NCBI RefSeq assembly: GCF_964204645.1
Contig: NC_134026.1
Coordinates: 25,702,150 to 25,766,149 of the forward strand
From: Tubulanus polymorphus
Lineage: Eukaryota; Animalia; Nemertea
DNA length: 64,000 nt
Direction: 5' to 3'
Shown here: positions 36,226 to 49,900 of the stretch, in pieces
Layout: each line of letters starts with the position of its first letter
Position numbering within the stretch: position 1 is the stretch's first letter
Made by a program: the position numbers and the translations under genes
Notes under the pieces: generated by a model
What the model saw: the letters and a program-made list of their open reading frames with translations, nothing else
The model's database searches: none
What the model was told of the DNA's origin: nothing

Positions 36226-37581
36226 ATGTATTCTTACCAATTCTTAAACTACTCCGATAACCTCAGAGCGTTAAAATGGTTATGGCAAGCGAGTGTTTGA
36301 TATTTATTACAGCTGTTACACATCCCTGTGGTTTGTTATGGTGGTTAGTATACTGTAGCACAAATAATGAAATAATTACGCGTATTTATGTAATTAATTT
36401 GTCTCGTTAACGGATTGAGATATATTCCATCGTATTTTGTTTTAAAGGCGCTATTGTGTGCTTGTATAGCCTTTTTAATGATTTCCTTAATGATAATGAA
36501 ATGATGATTGGGTTTTTTGACAGCCAGATGACAGATGTCAAATGTTCACTTTTAAAGTACGTGTGTCTATTATTGGCGAATCTGTTTCTTTTTTCCAGTA
36601 TTTTTACTTAGCCGGCCAATACCATGCATGGATATGCAAAGTATACCCTTCAGTGCAACCATTCCATTGTTAGGCTTTGGTGCAGCAACTCTTCTTCTAG
36701 GATTCTTCTTTTGCTGTTACTTGTGCAGGTACGTACACCCTTTAAACTAGAATATCTTAAACTAGAATTTATTCTGAATTAAGAATTTGTTTTTATAAGC
36801 TTAAGTTAAAAATTTCAGACTGAAAAAACAGGCACGAGATGAAAGAGGGTATAGGCAGGTAAGATGTGCAATGTGTAATCGCCGTTAAAATATTGATCGC
36901 TCAAAAAGATGATAGTTACATCATATCCAATGAACTGCTTTTTACTTTCAGGTTATTTTTCATCGAGGGAGACAAATTTCGAACAGTGATGTAAGTTTTT
37001 TTTTAGTCTATTGATTAGGCTTCTCACTCTCTCTCAGAGGATCTGATATATACCGGGTAGTAGACTCTTCCTGTAAACTTGAATCAATTTGGTCTAGTGA
37101 TTTTTGTTCGAATAAGGTGATAATTCAAGTTAGGCAATGGAATCCAGCTCGGATCTGATGCAGTGGTTCTAAGATTTGTGTTCTAGTTGAAAATGATCTG
37201 ACTTGAAAGCATTCAACTGAAGAGGAGTCGACTGAATGCATTGAAATACCTGTTGCTTCTACATAATGAAATTAGTCTTTCTTGTTTTATCAGATATGTC
37301 CTGTATGTTTAGACGAATATCACACAAAGGAGCAAATTGCTCTGTGCCGCTGCGGTCACACATTTCATAAAAAGTAAGATTTTTGACTCGAATTTGCTCG
37401 ATTTATGGAAATTTGCATTGCGGATATTTTTTCTCGGATGTTGATTCTCATCGTTTCTTGCAGATGTTTAGTGATGTGGCTTGATCAAAAGAATAACTGT
37501 CCAGTTTGTAAGGCAACAGTTCAACAGTGTCGGTTCGACGAGGGATCGGGACTCGTTCATAGCGCTGTCAGTCATGTATAG
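36226..37581 (+). CDS. RNF24/RNF122-like transmembrane RING-H2 ligase (start uncertain: 36226 or 36628)
   Basis: Missed by the ORF track because the exons are short. MDMQSIPFSATIPLLGFGAATLLLGFFFCCYLC|RLKKQARDERGYRQ|VIF, then ICPVCLDEY...LCRCGHTFHKKCLVMWL...CPVCK. It is followed by about 3 kb of AT-rich 3' UTR-like sequence. Confidence 0.88.
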
Positions 37582-40500
37582 GATGAACCAGTGATTATAC
37601 CTTATTGATAAACGTGATGGATTTAGTGGAATTTCAGAATTTCCATGCATTTCTATGCGATTTATCACGCGTGAATCGTGAGATATGGATATTCAGTACT
37701 AGTTTTAACATGAATTAGAATGTGGATTTAGTTCGATGTGATAGACGATTATCCCAGACAATTTTCTTTGAAAAATTCCTGTTGTTGTATGATGGATACA
37801 TGTGCGACTGTTATGCACAACTCGTTTTACCTTGGAATGGATGATTTTCTGGCCATGAGCATTTAAGCTTTTGATGCGTGATTTTCAAATGTCAGGGAAG
37901 GAAAGCCAGAAAAAGATAACTCATTACAAAATGGTTGTTTCTTTCATTGTTGTTTATGACTGAAAAAAATGAATGAATGTACATTGATTAGGCTTAGTTG
38001 ACATCTAGCTGTGCTACTCGAAAAAAATTAATGTGTTGTGAAATATCCTTGGTATTATGCAACAAATTACTGAGTCTGAGTTTATGAAGATGAAAACCTT
38101 TGTTAGTTTCCTCTAATAAATGTGCTTAAATCAACAGTTATTGTGGCTTCTAATATGATCAGCTATTCCAATTCATATCAACATTGCAGTGACAATCTGA
38201 AAAAATGAATATACTTGACCATAACAGGATGTCTAAAGATATTTGAAATTGAAACCCACATTTGAATTTAAAGGCGTGTTTTCTAAGATTATCTGGTGTT
38301 TGCTTATTTCGTTTCTTTCCCCTTTCATTTTGCAATCAACATTTTCTTAATTCATTTATGTTTAATCTGAGCTTGATTAATGCAATGTATGATATACATA
38401 AGAAGATTTACACTAAGGGACCTATCGGTTTTCCGATTCAAAATGTTTTTTAATGTTTATATTAATGTGAAGTGTATAATAATGTCTCTGCTAAATCTAG
38501 CGCTACGTAATTGATATATCATTATGTAGATCTTGCCTAAATTCAATTTATTACTCAGTATTATTTTTTTGTGATATAATTGTTTCTATTTATTCCCGTT
38601 TTACATGCTTGCATGCTGTTTATGATGGTGCAATAAGTTCACAATTACACTCAACATCTTTCCGCTTGATTATTTTAGAATATCCTACATGTATTGGTAT
38701 TTATCATAAAATTCTTTAAATAGCCTGCAGCATTTTCCAGTATTTTCTCATTCCAAGATTTTATGGTACATTTATCTTCATATGTGCCTTCGCTAAATAA
38801 TTGCTACAGTATGTTGATCGTTTTATACCTTTTTTTCTGATGAATCTATTGCATATTGATTGTACAGTTTTTTAAGTTGCACAATTTTCGCACAACTTTC
38901 AATGTTTGTTATAATGGAGTAAATAGACTCATCAAACTCGTGTGCAGGGAAATTACTGTGTAAATGCAAAAAACTTATCCAAGGCTTTTAAAATGCCTTT
39001 TCCAAAAATAGAATTTGAGGGATATTTTAATTTCTGCTATCCTCCACTCTACGCTTTGATAACCGTCCAAACTGCTCATAAATGTTTTTCTTACCTGGAT
39101 ACCTTGCATCTGTGCATTATCTTTTTTCTCATCTATTCAGATCCTGCAAGATCTATATTTTGTGTGATATAGACGTGAACATGATTTCAATGTCTGTTTG
39201 TTTTCAAGCCGTGCATTATTTCTTTTCATGATCTTGAAAATTATTATAGACTGATCAATAATATTTTGTTACTGTTTGGCCATTACGGTAATACAGGTAC
39301 ACTGTTAAGATATTCAGAATTGTCTTTATGATCCATGTTTGAGATTTTTGGACTGATTTTGATTTTTTGGATTTGAACAGTTGCATAATTCTATAATACA
39401 GTAATAATCTCAATATGTTCAACATGTCTTTCAAAATGAAGAGAAGATTTCCGTAGAAAGTTTATTCCCATTGTGGCATTTGAAGGTGTTTGGTATATAG
39501 GTACATGTATATGAAAGTATTCATTTATGGGTATTCAATTATGTACTTAAAAAAGTTGTAAGAAGGTCTCTAACTGCTATTTGTGAACATAATGACATTC
39601 AGAAAAGTGGGTCTATAACACTTAACATTGAAAATATTCAGCTATGATAATTACTAAAGGTTGTTATTACATTTTTATTTGATTCACACGCGCAAGGTTA
39701 TTTAGGTATTCCACCATCATGCTGAAAAATTCATTATTATTCGGTACTAACACATACTTATGTTCACGCTACTGATCTCTTACGTATGAATGCTTGACAA
39801 AAAGCCTCACTGATGAACTGATTTCCGAGTTCGCACAGTTTAATTATCCTGAATTCGGAAGAATTTGCTGCGATGTATGTTTAACCTTTTTGCTAATGAC
39901 TGGTTTATCTGACGAACATGCACATAAGTTGCTGGTAACCTATATTACCGGTACCAATTATTATCACATGTATATTCATATCATTGTAATTTATGGGCTA
40001 AGTTGTACATTTTTTCGTATTTAATATTTAATGTATGAAGTAATCTATATTGTAAAAAACTGACACATGATTGAAACATGTTGAACAAAATGCATGGGTT
40101 TTGTATGCTTTTTACGTATGTGAATAATCATCATGATAACTATGTGAACAAGCTTCTCCAATCTGTCATCAAAAAATATAGTATTCAATACTGAGAAATG
40201 AACAATTTTCTACTCACTTGAAGCTATATAGCTTCAATGATAATAATGACGTACATACTAATGGAAATCTTAAACCATTATGATCTAACGAATGATTTTA
40301 CTTAAATCGAAGTATATTACGTGAAAAAGAACTACTACGAGTAATTCTGTTTTAAAGATACCTGGTAAGATTAAGGGAATCCTTCAATTACTATTGTCAA
40401 CCAATTGTCAACCATCGAGAAGTTGTTCTACATGTATTTTTAGAGATTTTCAAATAATTGCTGCAGTGGAATTGTTGTACCTGATTCATTACATAAGAGG

Positions 40501-40957
40501 CCTGTACGCACCATATAAATGAAATAAAAACTTTCATACATCTACATTCATTTCTGCTTTTTTTCATTGGATCTGAAGTTCAATACCTGTAAAAACTATT
40601 GTTTTCTTCTCGACTCATGAACACCTGTACCATGTAGTTATAATATCAATCGGGTAACAATTAAATAATAATTGATATAAGAAAGTTTGATCTCTATCCA
40701 AGTCACATACTGGTTGACATCTATTAAAACTGGTTTCCCTTCATCTGATTGTGGAGGATATGAAAGAAGTTTCCTTAAGGTGGATCTGTGAGTAATTCCT
40801 CTATTCCTAAGGTAGTCCCTCAATCCAAAAAAACATAAAACAAACACTCGATTGATAGATATCTGTACATCCCCTCATTGGGTATTTTATTATACAAATC
40901 TACAAACCAGTTACTGTGTATCACAAGATACAACTATTACAATTAATCACTATAAAC

Positions 40958-43900
40958 TTAAGTGATCTTTTTCTTTTTGCCACGCTTCAAAGCACGCACA
41001 TCACCTTCTTGTGTACCCAATAAACCATAAATCTCCTTAACTTTTCGCTTTCTTTCGGCATCCCTGAATTTACACAATCATTTGAACTCATGTATTGAGG
41101 AATATATGCTATTATTTCGATAAGGGGTGGTGGAAATACAAATTACGTACAATGTCATTTGCTGTTGTAGTTTTTCTCGAGCAAGGAACTGATTATCTCG
41201 ACGCAGTTCTCTTATAGCACCCTTCATTTCCTTCTTATATTTATGTACGAGCGTTTGCTTCTCTTTGGATTCCCGACTTCCAACCCGTTTTTTACGTCCA
41301 TCAAAACTGAAATATAGCATTAAAATTTTCAAGTTATTTAACGCTTACATAGAGATAAATCAGGATTTTATCTAATTAGGACGTTATCTACACTTAATCA
41401 TGCTTAAATGTATGTTAAAATTATCCGGATTGAGTCGGTTTTATTGTATCTAATCGTACAACTCACATTTCATCAAACTTTGGTTCAATTTGACGGATCA
41501 TTGGCGGCTTTTTCTTCTCTTTTTGTACTGGTTCCCTTTCACGAGTATCATGACGAGTCAGACATGCCATGACTTCAGAATGTCGATCCTCAATGAGAGA
41601 TAAGAACAAAATATTACATAATTGTTTAGTCAGTGGCTGTCTATGAGATAGTACATGTAATTTTCTAACCTGTAAAGCTTTTGGATAAGAACCTATTGGT
41701 AATTTCTTAACAAAGTGCAAAACTGGAGCGAACACTTCTTTGTAAGCTGGAACTTGACTGTAAAGTTTAGCAAATTCCAAAACGAGATGAAGACAACAAT
41801 TGATGTATGATAATCTGCAATACAAAATAAATGAATGAAGCTATAGTAAATGCGATGTAGTTAAAGCAATCATTCATGTTTGTCAATTCATTTACGTACC
41901 TTTGCTCAGCATTGTCCAGTTTTCGTAAATCTGTACAACACAATATAGTGAGCTTTAACTTTCCTATTTCACATTTACTGCAACGAAACGTACAAAAACA
42001 ATCATCGAGGAAGTCTAATTTTTATCTAAAACTGTCTTATTCATGTAAAAATTCATACCTTGCTTCTTTTGAAACTTCTAATAAATGCACTGTTGGGCCT
42101 ACAGGTTTGAACGGGGGAACCACTGCTTCAACTGCAAATAATAAGTTTTCATGTACATTGAATGATCTCATTAATGTTACGCGAAATACGATATGCAAAT
42201 TGAGTATTCATACTTTCAGTCTTGGACTTTGTACTGGCTAAAAAGAGTATCCCACGAAGAAAGTTAATGACTTCAGGTATATATCGCTTTGATAGTGTAA
42301 CATACTGAAAAAAAGAGACCCAACAGTTTCAAACAAGGGAGTCATCATCAATATCGTTAATGATGGAGCAGATTTAAGTTTAGTCTTTACTTACTTGAAG
42401 CAGTAAATTTGAAATAAATAATCCACTAGCGACATCTCTAAGATGGTTTACAGAACACTTAAACACAAAATGAAATGATGGAGGATGACAGTAATTCTTA
42501 AAACACAAGTGTTGAACTGTATCTGAAGTCTTGTCTAAAAAGTACGTGTCAATTGAAATATCTTACCTGTGATAATAAATGTGTCATGAACAGGACTGTT
42601 GGTGAGACAACAAGGTGAACGCGATCAGATGTCGGAAACAGCACCGAAATCAGTTTGAAATACAGCATCTACAAGTTTGAAATGTAAAACTGAAGCACAA
42701 TTTTTCATGAACAACATATGGCTGTTTTATGACCTCATACTTACTGTATCGAGTCCTGGATAAATTCCTCGTCCTTTTCGACGTTCGCAGTATTCTACGA
42801 AGCCTTCTTCACGCTCCTGTATCACTTCTCTCATAGCAATAGCAGATTCTAATGGCGACTGTTGACACAGTTCATATAAATGCGTGGTCAATTTATCGAT
42901 GAGTTGAAGTGGTGGAGTATTTTCTGTAGCCAAGTCTCCGTAATATTGTAAAATATGTTTGAAAATCATCTGTAAAAAGTGAGGCAATAATAAAAACAGT
43001 TTCTAGTATAAACTACTCGGTAGTACCAATATTTCTTAACAAAATGATATGGTGACAGACCTGGAGCTTTTCCTTGTTTCCCTCAGCAAGGCTTGGATGA
43101 TGACATTTTCTCAATCTTTCTACGATTGTCAACTGATCCTCGGGAGAATGCTCTTCTAATAATGCTAGAAAATCTTCATACATTTCAGGAGCTGAAAACA
43201 GACACAAATACTTTACATATAGACACACAGGAACAAGTTTGCCAATGAAACCAGGGCTAAGAACTCACCGGTAAAGGTATACGGCAGTTCTTTTCTAGCC
43301 TTGTCCATGACTTTCTTTCTTTTCTAAAATTGATAGCATACTTATCGTATCAACCTAGTTAGACATTTCATAACTTCTTTACATCTTGAAAATCAGTCAA
43401 CAGTATTTCATTGACCTTTAACTCTTTAACAATTTCGTTTGACTTTTCATTTTCCATTTCAGTAGAAACATCTTCTGCTTCATGTTCGTCTTCATCTTCA
43501 TCCATCTCTATATCCGAATAGCTGTCATCACTATCGTGTGCATCATCATCATCATCTTCCTCATTTTCATCATCTAAAAATCAAGAAAACATGGAAGTAT
43601 TTATGTAAAGAGTAAAATCAACCACTTTTCACATGAAATTTCTATATCCTACCATCCTCATCTTCAGCACTTCCACTATCATCATCGTCATCCTTTGTGT
43701 CATCATCATCAGCAGCAGCTTCTACTTCGTTGGCATCAGATATCAGTTTACCATCATTGTATCGCACATGATATCTATCATCTTCATCCAATAACAGTCT
43801 GAAAAACATGAGACCAATATCACAAATATCATCATGAACATTGCACCAGTAATAATCTAAGGAACATCAACTATATTACAAATATATATATTATGATTTA

Positions 43901-46900
43901 AAATGCTTGCATCAGGTACATTCTCGACAGTCGAGCGTAAGAAGTTAACAATAACAGCTTTAATATTGGGAGTTAGTAAACATACCCATCATCAAGATCT
44001 TCAGCTGATCGATGTTGTTTAGATGATTGAGCGTGTACACTTTTCCCATCCTCGTCAACAATACCTTTCATTCTTAACATTCGATCATGCTACAAACAGT
44101 ACCGAGTATTCAATTAGTCTAAATATTTGAAAGCAGCAAGTTCCACAGTTGTGGATGAACATTCTACCGGTAATCCAAAACAGATGAGTTCATAGAACTG
44201 ATAGTTACCTCCAATTTTTCTAATCTTTCTTTCTCATCTTTTGCAAGTTCTTCTTCAGTTTTTAGACGATCGGTTGCCTAAATATAATTTGAACCAAATG
44301 AATCAATAGATCATCAAAAATACACAATATTACAAACCTTTTAGATCGAGCAACTCACCATTCCTTTCAATTCGAAAGCCATTTCTCGGACAGCTATATC
44401 GTAGTCATCAGTAGTTGGCTTATACGGTTCATTTCCCATACCGAATACCTGAAATAAACAGATGAGTGTAATCCATTGATGCATGCACCATCTATTGTAG
44501 TTATACATCATATTACAAAGCAGTAAGATACTGCCTAGAAAATCATATTCCTACCTTCCCAGTTGACATCAGACCGCGTACATCTTTCCATTCTTCATCG
44601 AGTTGATTTGTCATTTCCACAGCTTTCTCTCTTTCGGACTGTCGTTCGTACTGTCACAGGAAAATGCAAAGACTATTAATTCTTGACTATATCGAAGTGC
44701 CGGGGTAAACTAGATTTAGTAGGATGATTAACTAACCTTCTCCTTCTTCGACTTTGCAATCATTTCCTCCATCCTTTCCTTCCAAGTTTTATTTTCACTC
44801 TCCTGATCTTTCTTTGTCATGAATCCACCAAAATGCGCTTCACCAACGATTTTAGCTACAAATTAATCCAACTGTCAATAACATAACTCCAAATTGTATC
44901 AGTTTAGAAACCAGACACTTACCGTCAATTCGTCCTTGATCTTCATCATCAATGTCCTCGTCATCGCTAACAACAGGGTTCTCGAATTTCTCAATCTCGG
45001 ACAAGGATTGTCCATAATGGGTCAAGTCTTCCTCGTCATTCAAATTAAACACATTGGACTTATCATGATTTTTCTGAAAGCATAGAAACAACAGGATGTT
45101 CATCAGAAAAATGAAATCTGACTCGTATACAGGAGTGGCTGGTATGGCAGAATATATCCAAGGAAAAGTTGTTGGGTTTTTGTTACTCGACAAGAGAAAG
45201 ATTTACCATTGTAGTTATTGATGGGTTGGATGATTGACCCATTATTCATCAAAGTCAATAGTCCTATAATCTAATGTCAGGTTCTACATGGCAAACAGTT
45301 CCTGAGACTGAATATCATTACAAATATAACCACAATTGCGTGCAACTGAGATTGAATTTGTTGGAACCCATGGTTCAATAGTTACTGAATTGCATGTGCT
45401 TATCATCAATTTGAGAAACCATGGCCTCCAGGGCATGTAACTTGAAAATCCGATAAAAAAGGCAAACCAAGTGAAAATTGATTTGTTGAATGCTTTTATC
45501 CCTAAATGAATATATTGGTCACTTGTTACAGGCTTTGGTAGAGGTATGAGTCAATAATTGTTCATCCAGTAATGAAATTCTTTCAGCAAAGTGTAAAATC
45601 GTATCAGAATTATTGACTAAGTTTCCAGAGAGACATTCATTTATTCAATACAACCACATTTTTATTCCGGAAACTGTTTATTGGATTTTCTCAGCACTCA
45701 TGCCACGACAGACCGGATTGATATATGAATTAATTTTGTCCGTTGAAGAAAAAATTCAATAACGAGTGATAGGTTTATATTAAATCTTAAATTGCTGTAT
45801 AACAAATTCCTTGTAATATTCAGAATGTCACATGGAATTGATTATAAAATACCTATCGTTTACCTATCTTACTAATGAAAAGATGAATAGTACATAATGA
45901 GATCTAACCATCAAATGATATACCACTAAATAGTTCTTGCAACCATACAGTTTACAAATAGTAAATTAGTTTAAAAGATCTATGATCAGCGTACAGTGAT
46001 TTGTAGCTTAGAATAATAATAGATTATTCTGGAATGCAGCAACTAGATTTACTTCGATTTACAGAAACCAATTTATGAAAGCCACTGTTACTGCCTATCA
46101 GATAAGTTATCTCTGTTATATTGTAGAAAGTAAAGCAATCTCCACAAGCCACTTGATGGACTTTACGCCGACAATGTCCCATAGATCGTTTCCATTACAC
46201 AACTAAATCGAATTTACGTTTCTTCTATCCGAGAAAATCAATGAGATTATTTCTCTTCAGAAAAGCTACTCGATGCGCAAAGTTACCAAAACCGGCGTGC
46301 TAAGACTACAAACCATCGGAAATATTCCGGCGGATTCTAAAATTACAGTCAAACTAATGTCAGATGGAACGTGAGACCTGGTATTTTCAATGTTATCCCT
46401 GTATTCGCATTAGGTTCAATACAGATAGGAATATTCTCACTACAAGTGTTGTAGTACTGTAGTACATATATCCCATCTTAACTTGTAGTGTTTTATCAGT
46501 CCATAAATTGCCATCAATAAACCCAAACGTTTCCATTAAACTGTCACCTCAACTGTCATTGTAACCGTTAAGAGGACAGCACTTGAATCAGGCGATTGCG
46601 GCAGAAAATGGCAGAATAAATCACTCACAGAATCAGTCATTTATCACTGGTCTGAAAACATTGGATTAACTCGGATATAAACTAACCCCGCAGTAACAAG
46701 CACCTGTCATATGAATAAGCAATATTTCACTTTATACGATACGAACACAGTGACATACTGAGCCGATTGGAGAAATAGAAAGAATGTCCGCAAAATTCTT
46801 CCAATTATGAAGCGACAAAATGAGAAAGTTCTTGTCTCTTCATGCGCATTCTAATTGAATACCAACTATGCTCATTTCCATATCTATTATGCCTGAACAA

Positions 46901-49900
46901 ACTGTCATACATTTATATTCAAGGCGTTTGTTTCTTTGATAAAATCATCCATACCCTTTGGCAGAGACTTCTTCTTCATTGAATTGACTTCCATCGCATA
47001 AAATGCATGTACCGCGTATTTACAATACTGGCAGCGAGTCAAACTCTTGCAGCCCTGGGGGGCCGACTTGATTTGCTGAAGGATTCAACTTAATCCTGCC
47101 CTACGATGGGATTCACCATATCAAAAATACTTCATATACAGTGGCAGAAAGAGTAAATGTAACACAAGCCTCATAGGACGAACCTCCCATTACAGTATCT
47201 TTTCTTCTTTTTGATAACGTATCCCATGTTCTTGGTGTCAATCAAGCGTTATTGTTATATTGTCACACAAGACCGACAATAAAACAATGATAACAGAACA
47301 GAACGCAAATATTGAATGCTTCTTATTGGCTATATCTGAGCTCTGTTGAGGAGAAAGATTTTCAGGGTTGGTTCGAGATAAAAGAGTTACCAAAGCAAAT
47401 GAGAAGACACTATTCGCAACAAATGATACGTAATTGACAAAGTGTACCTTTGATCTCTGGGTATACAAGATGGTGGAACCATGTTTAAGGTATGACAGCG
47501 GCATTGGATTTTCTTTGAAGTCTTAATTGAAGCTTAAAATACATTACATTTACGATAGATAGCTAGGCGCAGATTGCTGCCTAATCAACACTGAGATTGG
47601 AAATGATTGGAACGAAGGAAAACGCTCGAATATGAATTTGTTCTATTTTGCAAAAGCACAAAAAGCTTTTAAAAAGACCTTCCTTACTCAATTAGGTAGA
47701 GTTCACTGTCTTTTTTTTCACAGTAATCCAAATCTCATATTCAAGGCACATCAACTGTCAAATGCTAAGCCAGCATCAGGATGCTTATCAGACAGCCTAA
47801 GATATCTATTCCATCAATTGTAATCTCGACTCATAAACACGAGAATAGGCAACTCCACTAATAATGGATACGAAACTGAAAATGTAAATCTGTCATCATA
47901 TTTGAGTTGTCGAACAGGTAACTCAAGGATGAACTGTCACATGCATTCATGATTTATTACAAGCCAGCAGTCATAATCCATACTATCAAATAATCTTGGC
48001 TGTATGTGACTTATACTTAATTGCTTCAAATCTCAATACTTCCCTATACACTGATGCTTGCTTAATCCATCTTAGCTCATGTTACCATTCCAATATTTGT
48101 TCACAGAATATTAGCCGCGCTGTACTAGGTTCACGTTGAAGGACATTTCACCCAATTACCATGTAAGAAGTTGAGCATAGAGCTCGCAAAACCAACAGCC
48201 GATGGCAAAAACGTGTAAAATCATCAAAAAAATAGAAGCAAAAAACTTCCAGTCAAATAAAATCAGAATACAAGTGAAAATAATGTATTTGGGTTCCAAA
48301 AGAGTGAATTAACAGAAAAGTAGTTTATGCCTGAAAGAATCTCATCATTATCAGTGCAGTTAGATACACACGACTACAAACGCGTGTCAGTTTTCAACGA
48401 GATAGCCACCGAGACCATCCATAATATCGTCAACATTGGCAGCAGACGCATGTGGTTTGTGACTGAGAACTAAAACTCACAGATACGCACCTTATTCTTC
48501 TTAACAGCGTGACAAGTGTGCGTAGGTGGAAATTTGCATTGAAGATTTGAGAATATGAGATGTTGAATTTTCAATTCCTACTGACAACTTAATCACTATG
48601 CTGGATGTATAGCAATGTTTAAACGCGAACAATGAAGCCTCAAGGATCTTTACTAACGTGAATCGAGGGACATTTTAGTAAATTGTTTCGCGAGTGGGAA
48701 ATCACAGTTTTAATGGTTTTCGGGGGGATGTTTAGAAGCATTACAGGCAGGCGAAGACATCACCACTAATTGGATTCAAGACCAGCCGTTACAGTCTGCT
48801 GTAAAAAACTAAACGAAAGTGTCTCATGGGTGCAAACTATTGAAGGATTTACTGGTGGGAGAATGGATTTCAGTTAATATCACGGAGAGAATCTATGTAG
48901 CTATTGATTTACTCAAAACCGTCAACACGGACTGAGTTTCTAAAGATTTTGTGTTCAATAACTAACAACATCTTGTTGATGAAGCGAAGAGCCAGAGCTG
49001 GGGAAAATATATAAGCGAGAAAGGCGCCAATAAATCAGTGGAATAACTAAGAGAATGTTTTATTACGCTGTAGTAGGAAATACGTGATTAATGAATTTCA
49101 ACACCGTATGAGTGATGGATTTATAGGATATATTAATACCTGTGTTAAAGACAGCACATATTTCTGACAAAGCTACACAGAATAAAATATTCATATGGAT
49201 ATATTTCAATAATTGATACATTTATGTTGATTTGAGAAAATGCCACACCCGAGTACGCCATCACCCGAGGATGGGGTAGAGACTAAAGAAGTAGCCCAGA
49301 CTCAAGATAGTTCGCCGAAATGTCAAGAGCAAGTTAAAAGCCATCCGGAATCACCTTGTAAAATAGTCAAAGAGGTAAGAAAAGATTGTTCTTGTTTTTC
49401 CATGTGGATCTGTCAGGAAGAGCTCAGTTCCATGCTCTTATCAATTCCCCAAACGGCGTTCTAATAGATGGCTGCATAGTAATCAGCAGTTTTTCCTGAG
49501 ATGACCACAAAAAACCTGTCACAGGGTTATCACAGCCTAGCAGTGAGCTGAATAATCTACAGAAGGTGAACATCAAATAATCTGAGCATCACACATTTCC
49601 TAACGATCAACACACTTAACAAGACATATTTCATGGTTGATTTAACTCTATTAACAGCTCATTTTTATCACATCGCAACACGAGGTTAGGTGTATTAATT
49701 AAAACACACCAAAACATGAATAACAATCACAAGATTGATTCCCCTGAGCTGAAAATGACCAATAAACTCATTTCTGCGAAAGATAAATAGAACAGAGAGG
49801 TTGGATAGAATGAATTGAGCATTTCTACTAAGATTTACAGTCATTTGACTTCCCTCTCCTGATCGGTATAATCTCCCAGCTTTTGAGATTGAGGGGCTTC

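Noticed and set aside
45490-45543. 18-codon ORF ending at GAG|GTATGA in phase 0, as another NMNAT leader exon
   Set aside because: Short, intron-like composition and a weaker donor; within chance expectation for 14 kb.
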